DNA of 64,000 nt from Histomonas meleagridis 2922-C6/04-290x (Eukaryota; Protista; Parabasalia): positions 930,001 to 994,000 of the forward strand of contig JAANOX010000205.1 of assembly GCA_020184695.1 (NCBI GenBank). Direction: 5' to 3'. The stretch's first letter is position 1. The number at the start of each line of letters is the position of its first letter. The notes under the pieces were generated by a model. It ran no database searches. It had not been told where the DNA came from and worked only from the letters and a program-made list of their open reading frames with translations. Shown here piece by piece: positions 1-10,214 of the stretch. The translations under genes and the position numbers were made by a program.

Positions 1-1
1 C

Positions 2-283
2 AGAATTTTAGAAGACATTCGAGGAACCACCTTTGACGTTAATGAATTACTGGGAGGATGTTTTGGGGCTCGCTCTGACAACGCAGGTATTTTGCCATTT
101 TATCTGCTTTCTCATATCTTAATTCTTTATGTCATCTGTATAAATAATTACTTCGTGCCTGATACCAACGATGATGCCCAACAACTACCCTACGCAGGTC
201 CTCCTCAGGTGCAACAACCAGATAATATCGCAATGCAAAAATCTGATCAACAATCATACACTCATCAACAAAACTACTACTAA
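2..283 (+). CDS. 3' end of a hypothetical protein (one hydrophobic segment, Q/P-rich tail); begins upstream of the window
   Basis: Frame is open from position 2 (RILEDIRGTTFDVNELLGGCFG...) to TAA at 281-283; higher GC and codon-like composition than the flanks. Confidence 0.5.
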   Translation, partial: RILEDIRGTTFDVNELLGGCFGARSDNAGILPFYLLSHILILYVICINNYFVPDTNDDAQQLPYAGPPQVQQPDNIAMQKSDQQSYTHQQNYY

Positions 284-386
284 AATTTTAGTAAACGTTT
301 TTTCCATAGCTTTTGTGTCTAATAGAAAATATACATTACTTTTTTGTTTCAACAAAATTGATAAATCAATATTCAAATTGATTTAC

Positions 387-491
387 TAAAGTGGTTTCAG
401 AAAGGTTTCCCACTTCAGTTTTTGAATATAAATCCGATGATTTTTCATTCATTCGGTTCTGTCGTTGGGAAACCTTTCTGCAACCACTTTA
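387..491. mobile_element. MITE-like element / long hairpin with 26-bp terminal inverted repeats
   Basis: taaagtggtttcagaaaggtttccca (387-412) versus tgggaaacctttctgcaaccacttta (466-491), one mismatch; ends readable as TA|AAGTGG...CCACTT|TA or cTAA|AGTGG...CCACT|TTAA. Confidence 0.5.
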
Positions 492-3400
492 ATTATGAAA
501 CTAATTAGAGGAATCGTATTTCTAGGGCATAACGGTCGTCTTAAACGGTCCCATCCGTGGTAAAAGCCCGCCGAAAATTGAAAAACCCGCCAATAATATA
601 ATCCCCGCCAAAATTGATATCACAAAACAATAATTTGAATCTCTAATATCATATACAGATAATCTTAAATTACAATGGATTCGTAATCGCGCTATTACTC
701 TTCAAAATTTAGAGATAGAATATGTTTCACTTATGGGTGCATTTTTACCATTAACTATAACAGAAAGGATAAAACACTTTACAACATTTATTAAATCAAT
801 ACAACAATGTTTTATATATGTTTAATCATAAATAAAGAACAAGATCCAACAAATTAATTATGATATTCCACCGATTATTGTAGAAGAATATAGTAATGTT
901 GATGAAATCAAAACTCTTCGTGACGCGGTGCATTTTTTGGTATTCATACAATGGTATTATCATCCATGAAAAAGAATATTACCCTGATGCACAGAGAGAT
1001 CACCCTTTTTTGTACGTTATACCAAAAATAACGTATTTTTTGATCATTTTTCTTCAATATCTCTAAATTACGAAATCATCCAAATGTGAAAATTTAACAA
1101 ACAATTTTCCTCATTATTATGGATAATTTAACTCTGAAAGCTTACCAATTTATTAATATTAATATTTTTTTCTATGTAATAATAATAATTTTTATGTTTC
1201 TCACTTTCTAATGCAAATCAACGCTTTTATTTATTCTAAAAAATATTTATCATCTATAATCCTTTTCTTTGCCAAAGTTTCGGGCAAAAATAAAAAATTT
1301 ATAATTATCAGATATTAAAGGAAGTTAAAACTCAATGGTTTTTTAAAATTATTTTTTGTTATTCTCATCATATACATAAAAGGGTAAAAAGATATAATGA
1401 AATCTATTGGTGCATTCAGTATCATCTATTGCAACATTATCTCTTACATAAGAAAAGTTTTTTATTCTCGAATTTATCACTAATAGACTATCATATTTAT
1501 TATTATTATCATTTTTCCGAATAATGTCATATGCTCCCTTTCATTTTTGTGTATATTGATAAAGATTTTCAATTTCATTCTCAAATAGTTTATTTTTATC
1601 ATTTCTAATAATATTATACAATTGTCCGAGCAAAAAAATTGGTTGCATTAAAGCGGCGAATGGGATTTGTAGGCATTCCAAATCTTGCTTCTTTTTTCAT
1701 TCTATCTTTTTTATTTTGAAGTTAAAAGGGGAAACTTGCTTTCTACGAAAAGATTATCGAGACTATGACAATGATAAAGGTTTTCATAATTAATCGAAAA
1801 AATTATATTTTTTTGTATTTTAATTGTAAAAGTCGCAGGACATTAATATAATTCCTTTGTATGAAACCTGCATACGAATTTCATATAATATATATTGACA
1901 TTTTTCTAATATAGATTCGAATCGCTACATGAAAATGGGTAAATATTTTTTATTGATTTATCTTTTTATTGTTATCTTTGTATCATTAAATTCAGTGATG
2001 TCTCTTCCTTTCAAGTTATTTAAAAAGTTAATGCAATTGGTTGGTGTTTCATAGCATTCGTCATTTTTGGGCGATGGATTTGTAAGTCCTAAACTTTTTA
2101 ATTCGTGATTTATTTTGTCTGAAATGCTTAATAGAGCATAAAAATCATAATGGTTATTATTTGAAGTTTCTTCTGATGAGATGCTCACTATTCTGTTGTT
2201 CATTTCTAAGTATTCGACAAATGCTTCCATGAGATACATTATTAATGTTTGGGTGGATGGTTACTTCTTCATTTAAATTAATAAACATCTTTAAATATTA
2301 TCATAAAATAACGTTCTAATTTTCACCACTCAAAACGTTAATAACATATAAGGTTAATATAATGTACTAAGAATAAATATACAAATTAAATAAGGAATAT
2401 AAAAATAAGATTCATCATCTATTATGTAGATATTAAATTCGTTTTTTTATATAATAGAACATAATACGAATTACTAATGTATTGTACGTACACCACTACA
2501 TAGTATTTATACTATATATAATATAATAGTAATAATATATATAATAGTAATAATATATTATTTATAATCCTGATATTAGCATGTATCATACCAGAAGCTT
2601 ATAAAAAATTAATTTAATTTATTTAATTCACTGATTTAAATATAATTCACATTACTATTTATTTATTATTTGATATTGTTCACACAATATAATAGTAGTT
2701 TGATATTGTTCACACTACTATTTCAAAAAATGAATTAAAATCAGAAATGTAGATTTTGATTTTTGCTTATGTGATAATTATATGAATTTTTTATTTTGCT
2801 ATATAATATATAAGTTTACTAAAACCAAAGTGATAATATTATATCTTATACCTAATTACATATAATTAATCTTTCAATTTATTAATATATAAATTGATAT
2901 ATATATATATAGATTTATTTGATGAATAATCAACTTATATTTACTTTTAATAAAAATTACTATTTATTTGACAACGATATTGTTAATCTTAATTCTTTTT
3001 CTCATATAAGATACATTTTAGTATCATATGATATCACGTATGCTATCTATTTCATAAATAATATATTATAAATTCAAAAAAAAAATACTTATTAAACGAT
3101 TCATACATATTTTTAATCAAATTAGAATTCAACAAAATTTTAATTATATCCTATTTCATCTGTATTCATAGACAATTTTTTGCTGCATTTATATTAATAT
3201 TCGAAATATATTTGATTTTATTCACACAAACAAAGTTCACATGTTTATGATTGGTACGATAATAAAATTCTTTCAATCTTAGATATACACGATGATTTAT
3301 GAAATTGAATTTTTTATTATTCGATTTTTTTTTTCTCCTCAGATTTAAATATAAACTGTCGTCATTCTTAATTATCGACAATTATATCAAAAAGTTGTCA

Positions 3401-3504
3401 ACGATAGAAACGGTTATCCGGATCAGGAATTGAGAGCTTTGTCTGATTTTTGCTCATTAAAACCGTTTTCGCAGGTCTTCAATCTTAAAGATTTTAGATG
3501 GTAG

Positions 3505-6500
3505 ATGGATTCTCTTGTTAATCAAGTGATTACTTCGGCAATACCACCAAAATCAATGGGGCCACAAGATTTTTTTGAGAGTGTCAACATGCTTCAGTCC
3601 AAAATCATTAATATTTTTAGATTTAGTTCATTAAGATATCTTCCTCCATTTTTAAATAAGATGCTTACAACCCTTCGCGATAAGTCTTCTTCACAAGACA
3701 AAAAAGCTAAACTTTCATCTGCAATTTGTGTCACTGCTTTAATTCAACTTTTTCCTTTTGATGATTATGTTGTAAACTATCGACCTATTATCGAAAACTT
3801 AATTTCTCCAGGCTATCGTCCATGTATTAAAGCCGGTGCAAAAGCATTAAGTCGAATTGCAAGAATCAATGGTAATAATCGAAATTATTTTCTTCATGAA
3901 CTTCTTGAAAAACATCTTATGTATCTTACCAGTAAGGACCTAGAAGTTAGATACACCTCAGCGACCATATGTGATGAATTATCTCGATCATATCCCGAAG
4001 GATTTTTCAATCAAAAGTCATCAACACAACAATTACTTTTTGATGCTATAAACCAAGCAGATCCTGTCACTGGTTTATTGTTAATTAACATGATTAAAGA
4101 ACTTTTTCGATCAGAATCCGCATCTGTTGGTTTCAAATTCCTTAATGAAATGCATCCATTTCTATTACAAAACTCACTTGAATTGTTTAACCAAAGCAAT
4201 AAAAACGAAACAATTCATCAATTACTTTATGTTCTTTTAAAAACAAAACCTTATATTTCATGTAAAGAAGCGCAACAAAAAGTATTACCACAATGTATTA
4301 ATTATCTTCAAAGTAAAAATTATCAACAAGTTTTATCATCCATTAAAATTATTGTTCAATTACAAAGAATTAAAGCTTTAATTCCAACTCAAGATTTAAT
4401 TAATACATTATTTGAAGTTTTAATAAAATGGTCTTTAAGTCAACCGGAACAATTCCAAGATATATTTTGTAAGTTTATAGTATATTTCCCAAAGCCACTT
4501 ATCAGTAATGAAGAATTATTAATGGGGGCCGTTAACTCGTTTTGTAAAAATATGCCCAATTCAATTGGTCCACTTTTTGCATACAATTTGACCGTCGCCA
4601 TAATCCATTCAATGAACAACACAAACCTATCGGCATTCCTATCGAACGTCACCACTTTTTTAAACACATCATCAGTACCAATACCAATACATAAGTTATT
4701 ACATGAATTAGATGATTCAGTACCTAATTGGACAACACAATATTTATTTTTTAAGAATCAAATGATATTTATCATTCGACAAGAATTAAGTAATTCAACA
4801 ATTTATACAAATCGAATTATTATAGCATTACGAGGATTATTACGAATTCCATGTATTAAATATGGAGATGCAATAGAATTACAATCACTTGTAATGAAAT
4901 ATATTAAAAGTAAAGATATCGAATTAAGAGAATATATAGTTCCATCAATATTACATTTATTTAATGATTTTCCTGATCGAATTCCACTTGATTTAATTAA
5001 AGATTTAGTTTTATTTGTATTAAATGATCCGAATAAAATTGTTCGAATTCATTCATTATGTTCATTTACTAAAAACACTTATTCATATTTAATTCAACCC
5101 GAAATATTTTCTAATTTCTCCAAATTTTTAAGTGATGAATCAGCAGATGTACGAAAAGAAGCATTAAATATAATTCGATATTTACCGATAACAGATGATT
5201 CATTTTTACGGAATTTACTTTTATCTTCATTAAAGTTAATGAATTCTAATTTTAACATTATAATTCCTGATGATTCTATTGTTTGGTTAGTTTTCCCACA
5301 TATATTATTAGCATCTAAATCGATAATTCATTTATATGCTGAATCAATTAATGAAATTTTAATGAATATATTAACAAATCGATTTAAGAAAAATGAATAT
5401 AAAGAAACAACTTTAATTTATATGAATAGTGCCATAATGAAACAAATTGATGAATCTTTAATTAAATCAATAACAAAATTGTTTTTATTATGTCCTGAAT
5501 TAGTACCACTTCGACCAATATTAAAAATATTTTCATATGTTTTATTAAATCCTATTCATCCTTGGACTAAAGAAAATGTTTTAAAGTCATTAAAAAACAT
5601 CGAAAAAGTTCAATCGATATCAGTAATTTATCCGAAAATTGCTGAATCATTATTAACTGTCATTAAAAAGAATGAAACTACAAAACTTGTAATTAAAGCA
5701 TTTAAAGTTTTAGGTTATCATATTAATGAATTTAATTCTAATATTCAACAAATTAATAATCAAAAGAAGTTTCATATGTTTTATAAATCATCATTTAAAG
5801 ATAATATCCATTTTAAACAATATTTCATACATAAATTATTTGATTATTTAAATAATATGTTTGATTCAGTTAATATTGATTCTACACATGAAGAAATCAT
5901 TTTAATTATAATTGAAATCTTTAGTAAAGAGCCAAATATTATTCAACAATATATTGAACCATTTTTCACCAAATTTTTAAACTTTATTAAAAACTCTACA
6001 ACTGATAAAATGCCATTATTCTTATCATATCTTAGTAAAATTATATTAATATCAGGACATGTAATGATATCAAAAGCTTCAATAATCTTTCAATCAATCG
6101 AAAATCATTGGCATTGTGATTATACTAAAGAAGTATCAAATGTAATTTCTTCATTAATTGAAACTACTGACGGCCAATGTGATTCTATTTTAAATTTAAT
6201 AGTTTCAGTGTCATTTTTATTATTAAAATCGAAGAAAGATATGAAGAAATTTACACCTGAAATATTTAATTTATTAAAAACTATAGCAGAACATTGTTAT
6301 ACTTATATGTCATCAATTATTGATGGAATAGTTTCAATAATGACAACACAAGAAAGTCCTGATTTCTTAAAAGATGAATGTTTAGAAGCCATTAAATTCA
6401 TTATCAATAAATGTAATCCTGAACAACATTTAGTAATGATAGCTAGATGTTTAAATAATGTAGCATTAAGATCTAAAAATAGATGGAGAGATCAAGCAAA

Positions 6501-9500
6501 TCAAATCTTAAAAGATATAAATACATTAAATTATAATAATAATTTTATTAAAAATGAAGAAAAAGTTATCGAAAATAATAATAAAAATAAAAAAGAAGAA
6601 GAAATTATTAAAATTGATATTGAAACATATAAAAATTATTTGAATTTATCACATAAGAAAGAAAAAACTCAAATACAAATATTAACATGGTTTAATAATT
6701 TAAGAGATTATTCCATTAAAATTTCACCTTTATCAGTAATACGTACTATGATGAAATTATCAGTACGACCTAAATTTGCATTTAAATATGCGTTTTATTC
6801 AATTTGGTTAATTATTAATGAAAATGAACGAAAAATTATATCGAAATATTTAAACAAAGTATTTCATGTTTTTGAATTACCAAAATATGTCTTAACTCAA
6901 TTTATATCAATTGTAGAATTATCGATAATGAGTCAATTAGATTTAGGAATAGATTTTACATTAGTAATTTCACGATGTTTAAATTTACATTTATATACTA
7001 AAGCATTATTATTTATCGAGAATTCTAATGTACAATATAATTCACCTGAAATGATTGAGAAAATGATACAAATTAATATATCATTAAATCGTACTGAAGA
7101 AGCATTTGCTATAGCTAAATCAAATCCATCGATAATACGTATTCCAATATGGATATTATTAAATGATTGGGAAACAGCATTAGATAAAATATCGAAAGAA
7201 CCTATAACTAATCAACATAACTTTATATTATATTCAGCACATTGTTATTCATCATTAGAAAATTGGGATGAAGTATTACAATTAAAACCTTATTTTAAGT
7301 CACAATCACCAAATGTTCAATCTAATTTAGCTAAGTATATATGGATAGCTGAGTTATATAAAGGGAATAAAAAGAAAGCAAAACGTTTCGCAAATAAAAC
7401 TGGTGGATATTCTGTTATAGATTGTATCCAAAAATCGATTTTATATATTTCTATTAATAATATTGATAAAGCTAAAGAGTTTTCAACTTTAGGTTGGAGA
7501 TATTTAGCGTCATCATTTGAGAAATATAATAAATTTAATAATAGTATCTTTTTAGCACAACAATTACATGAGATTTCACAAGTGATACAAATTAAAAGAA
7601 ATATTTTAACAAATGAAAAAATTATTAATATTAAAAAAGAATGGATAAAAAGAATAGAAACATTTAAAGAAGATCCTGATAAACAAATCGAATTATTTAA
7701 GATTAGATCTTTAGTTTCGGATAAAATTGAGTTAAAAGATTTCGCTTATAATATTTTATCAAGTACAAAACGTACTAATAAAAATGTTTTTAAATTAATC
7801 GATCATTTCTTTCCTGATGAGAATTCTTATGATTCACAATTCTGTAAAATTAAAATGTTAAATGATCCGATTGAACGAATTGATAAATGTATAAATATAT
7901 TAGGAAATTGTTCGTTAGATACACAAAAGAAAATTAATTATTATATCGGAAAAGAAATATTTATAAATACGAAAAAAATTTCGAAATTAAATGAATCAAT
8001 AAAATATTTACAAAATTCGGAAAAAGGTTTTAATTTAATATCGAACATTCAAATGATAATATCCATATTAACTAATAATGAAAATGATATAATATTAACT
8101 GCGAAATCTTTAGAGAAAAGTATAATAAATGATAATAATAATAAGTTATTAAAAGTTAATCAATTAATTTCATTGTTAATACAATTTCCTGATTCTCTAG
8201 AATTAACAGATTTAATCATTAAAATATTATCAAATATTTCATCAAATATATTAACAGGTATTAAAATCACCAGTTTATTATCATTAATTAGTAATAATAA
8301 AAACATAATAAAATTATTTAAATCAATTTGTTTACAAATAGTTAATGATTTACCTCAAACTATAATGTTTGATATATTATATTATATATCAATTTATCCT
8401 AATAATAAAACAATACAAAATTTACGATATTTCATCGAAAAGAATAATTCGACGTTTTTTAATCATTCGAATTCATTAACAACGAAATTAATAAAAATAT
8501 CAAATACTTATTATGATAAATATGTAGAAACATTAAAAGAAATCATAAACTTATTTAAAAATGATCAAATTGAAAATGGTTTAAATATATTAAAGAATTT
8601 ATTACAATCATTAAAATATGTAAATGTTTCACGTTATGAAAGTGATTTCTTAACATCATTTAAATCGAATTATGGACAATATTTAACAAATTTAACTAAA
8701 CAAAAAATGATTACTAAAGAAGACATCAAAAAAATCCAAAATATATTAAATTCCATAATTAAAAAACAAGATTCAATTCGAGTTATCCCTCTTTCGACAC
8801 TTGATGAAAAACTTGCACATAAAAATAATTGGCAAATTCCAATTTTCGGTAAAGAATTCAAAAACGATGTTACCATTGTACAATTTTGTCAATCATGTCA
8901 ACGTTTAGATAATGGGTTAATGTTTTCATTAATTGGATCAAATGGCCGTAAATATTCATTTCATATCATTCGCGATAATATATTTCATATTCAACAATCA
9001 GAAGAATTCACGAATTTAATTAATAATTTATTACCTATAAATATATCACAACGTAAAATAATTTGTTTAACTAAAGATATATATATCATTGAAATCCTTA
9101 AAACACATTTACAAATGTTTGATTTCATTAATTCATATAATAAATCACAATATCAAGAAACGAATTCGAATGTATATGAAATAATTAATGATTATGATGA
9201 ATTAATATTAAGTAAACGTATACGTAAATTAATACAAATACGTAACTTAACGAATCATAACTTATTAAAAAATGCTTTTTTAGTTACTTCTGAAAATAGT
9301 TCTTCTTGGATACGTCGTTCAACAATGTTCACTAAAACTTATGGAATCATTTCGATGTTTTCATATGTTTTAGGTAACGTTGATACGTCTCCAAATGGTA
9401 TATTAATTGATAAAGTTACAGGCGCTACAACTTATACAACATTTAAAGTTAATGGAAATTCATTGCCGATACCTTTTAGAATTACTTCAATGATTGTTAA

Positions 9501-9816
9501 CATGTTCGGTAACTCAGGTATTAATGGGCCTTTTAAAGGAGAACTGAATAAATGCTTGAAAATTATAAGGAAAAACGCAATAGCTTTCGCAACATGTATC
9601 CAGTTCGTAATATCGGAAGCTCCATTCGATCAGCCTTTACTACCAAATCAGTTCTTAAATAAGTACTTAAGAGGAGGAAAACAAGAAAGAGAAATCGAAA
9701 TGTTTTACGCAAGAATTGCTGGTGAAAAAGGTGAAGAACTGGAGAACTTAATAAAGAAGGCTACGTCAATAGAAAATATGGCCCAAATGCCAATGAGATG
9801 GTGCGCTTGGTGGTAA
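3505..9816 (+). CDS. TOR-like PIKK-family protein (HEAT-FAT-kinase-FATC), probable pseudokinase
   Basis: 2103-aa ORF; PIKK-like C-terminus (SMFSYVLGNVDTSPNGILID, PFRITSMIVNMFGNSGINGPF, FATC ENMAQMPMRWCAWW); catalytic motifs degenerate. Confidence 0.8.
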   Translation: MDSLVNQVITSAIPPKSMGPQDFFESVNMLQSKIINIFRFSSLRYLPPFLNKMLTTLRDKSSSQDKKAKLSSAICVTALIQLFPFDDYVVNYRPIIENLISPGYRPCIKAGAKALSRIARINGNNRNYFLHELLEKHLMYLTSKDLEVRYTSATICDELSRSYPEGFFNQKSSTQQLLFDAINQADPVTGLLLINMIKELFRSESASVGFKFLNEMHPFLLQNSLELFNQSNKNETIHQLLYVLLKTKPYISCKEAQQKVLPQCINYLQSKNYQQVLSSIKIIVQLQRIKALIPTQDLINTLFEVLIKWSLSQPEQFQDIFCKFIVYFPKPLISNEELLMGAVNSFCKNMPNSIGPLFAYNLTVAIIHSMNNTNLSAFLSNVTTFLNTSSVPIPIHKLLHELDDSVPNWTTQYLFFKNQMIFIIRQELSNSTIYTNRIIIALRGLLRIPCIKYGDAIELQSLVMKYIKSKDIELREYIVPSILHLFNDFPDRIPLDLIKDLVLFVLNDPNKIVRIHSLCSFTKNTYSYLIQPEIFSNFSKFLSDESADVRKEALNIIRYLPITDDSFLRNLLLSSLKLMNSNFNIIIPDDSIVWLVFPHILLASKSIIHLYAESINEILMNILTNRFKKNEYKETTLIYMNSAIMKQIDESLIKSITKLFLLCPELVPLRPILKIFSYVLLNPIHPWTKENVLKSLKNIEKVQSISVIYPKIAESLLTVIKKNETTKLVIKAFKVLGYHINEFNSNIQQINNQKKFHMFYKSSFKDNIHFKQYFIHKLFDYLNNMFDSVNIDSTHEEIILIIIEIFSKEPNIIQQYIEPFFTKFLNFIKNSTTDKMPLFLSYLSKIILISGHVMISKASIIFQSIENHWHCDYTKEVSNVISSLIETTDGQCDSILNLIVSVSFLLLKSKKDMKKFTPEIFNLLKTIAEHCYTYMSSIIDGIVSIMTTQESPDFLKDECLEAIKFIINKCNPEQHLVMIARCLNNVALRSKNRWRDQANQILKDINTLNYNNNFIKNEEKVIENNNKNKKEEEIIKIDIETYKNYLNLSHKKEKTQIQILTWFNNLRDYSIKISPLSVIRTMMKLSVRPKFAFKYAFYSIWLIINENERKIISKYLNKVFHVFELPKYVLTQFISIVELSIMSQLDLGIDFTLVISRCLNLHLYTKALLFIENSNVQYNSPEMIEKMIQINISLNRTEEAFAIAKSNPSIIRIPIWILLNDWETALDKISKEPITNQHNFILYSAHCYSSLENWDEVLQLKPYFKSQSPNVQSNLAKYIWIAELYKGNKKKAKRFANKTGGYSVIDCIQKSILYISINNIDKAKEFSTLGWRYLASSFEKYNKFNNSIFLAQQLHEISQVIQIKRNILTNEKIINIKKEWIKRIETFKEDPDKQIELFKIRSLVSDKIELKDFAYNILSSTKRTNKNVFKLIDHFFPDENSYDSQFCKIKMLNDPIERIDKCINILGNCSLDTQKKINYYIGKEIFINTKKISKLNESIKYLQNSEKGFNLISNIQMIISILTNNENDIILTAKSLEKSIINDNNNKLLKVNQLISLLIQFPDSLELTDLIIKILSNISSNILTGIKITSLLSLISNNKNIIKLFKSICLQIVNDLPQTIMFDILYYISIYPNNKTIQNLRYFIEKNNSTFFNHSNSLTTKLIKISNTYYDKYVETLKEIINLFKNDQIENGLNILKNLLQSLKYVNVSRYESDFLTSFKSNYGQYLTNLTKQKMITKEDIKKIQNILNSIIKKQDSIRVIPLSTLDEKLAHKNNWQIPIFGKEFKNDVTIVQFCQSCQRLDNGLMFSLIGSNGRKYSFHIIRDNIFHIQQSEEFTNLINNLLPINISQRKIICLTKDIYIIEILKTHLQMFDFINSYNKSQYQETNSNVYEIINDYDELILSKRIRKLIQIRNLTNHNLLKNAFLVTSENSSSWIRRSTMFTKTYGIISMFSYVLGNVDTSPNGILIDKVTGATTYTTFKVNGNSLPIPFRITSMIVNMFGNSGINGPFKGELNKCLKIIRKNAIAFATCIQFVISEAPFDQPLLPNQFLNKYLRGGKQEREIEMFYARIAGEKGEELENLIKKATSIENMAQMPMRWCAWW

Positions 9817-10214
9817 ATGAATAAAGATAAAGATAAAAGAAAATGTTATTTTTTGAGTTAAAAATGATCGGATTACAAATGTTTGGCCGGATGATTACAC
9901 ACACAAAATATATTTCAATAGTTTACTCAGATGAATACATGTAATTCATATTAACGTTAAGAATATTAACATAGCATTACATTTGATCCAATAAATTGAG
10001 GTAATGATTGATTGTATTTGAAACAATTTACGATCGAATAAAATTCGCTTTATAAAGAGAAGTCAAAAAACATCTATGCATGAATATTTGATTAAAGTGA
10101 CAGTAAAATTCTCTGGTTTTGGTTTTTTCTTTAATAATGGAAAAAAATGTGAATATGTGCTACTTAAATTTATTAATTTTAAGCTATAAGTAGAGCTCAA
10201 ATCTTATTTTGCTA

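Noticed and set aside
1300-2239. 93-aa ORF at 1958-2239 and neighbouring broken minus-strand frames
   Set aside because: No recognisable family; possibly a decayed gene or transposon, but this cannot be supported without a search.
2500-2720. TA-rich microsatellite-like tract and a duplicated tttgatattgttcacac
   Set aside because: Short low-complexity duplications are expected in DNA this AT-rich.
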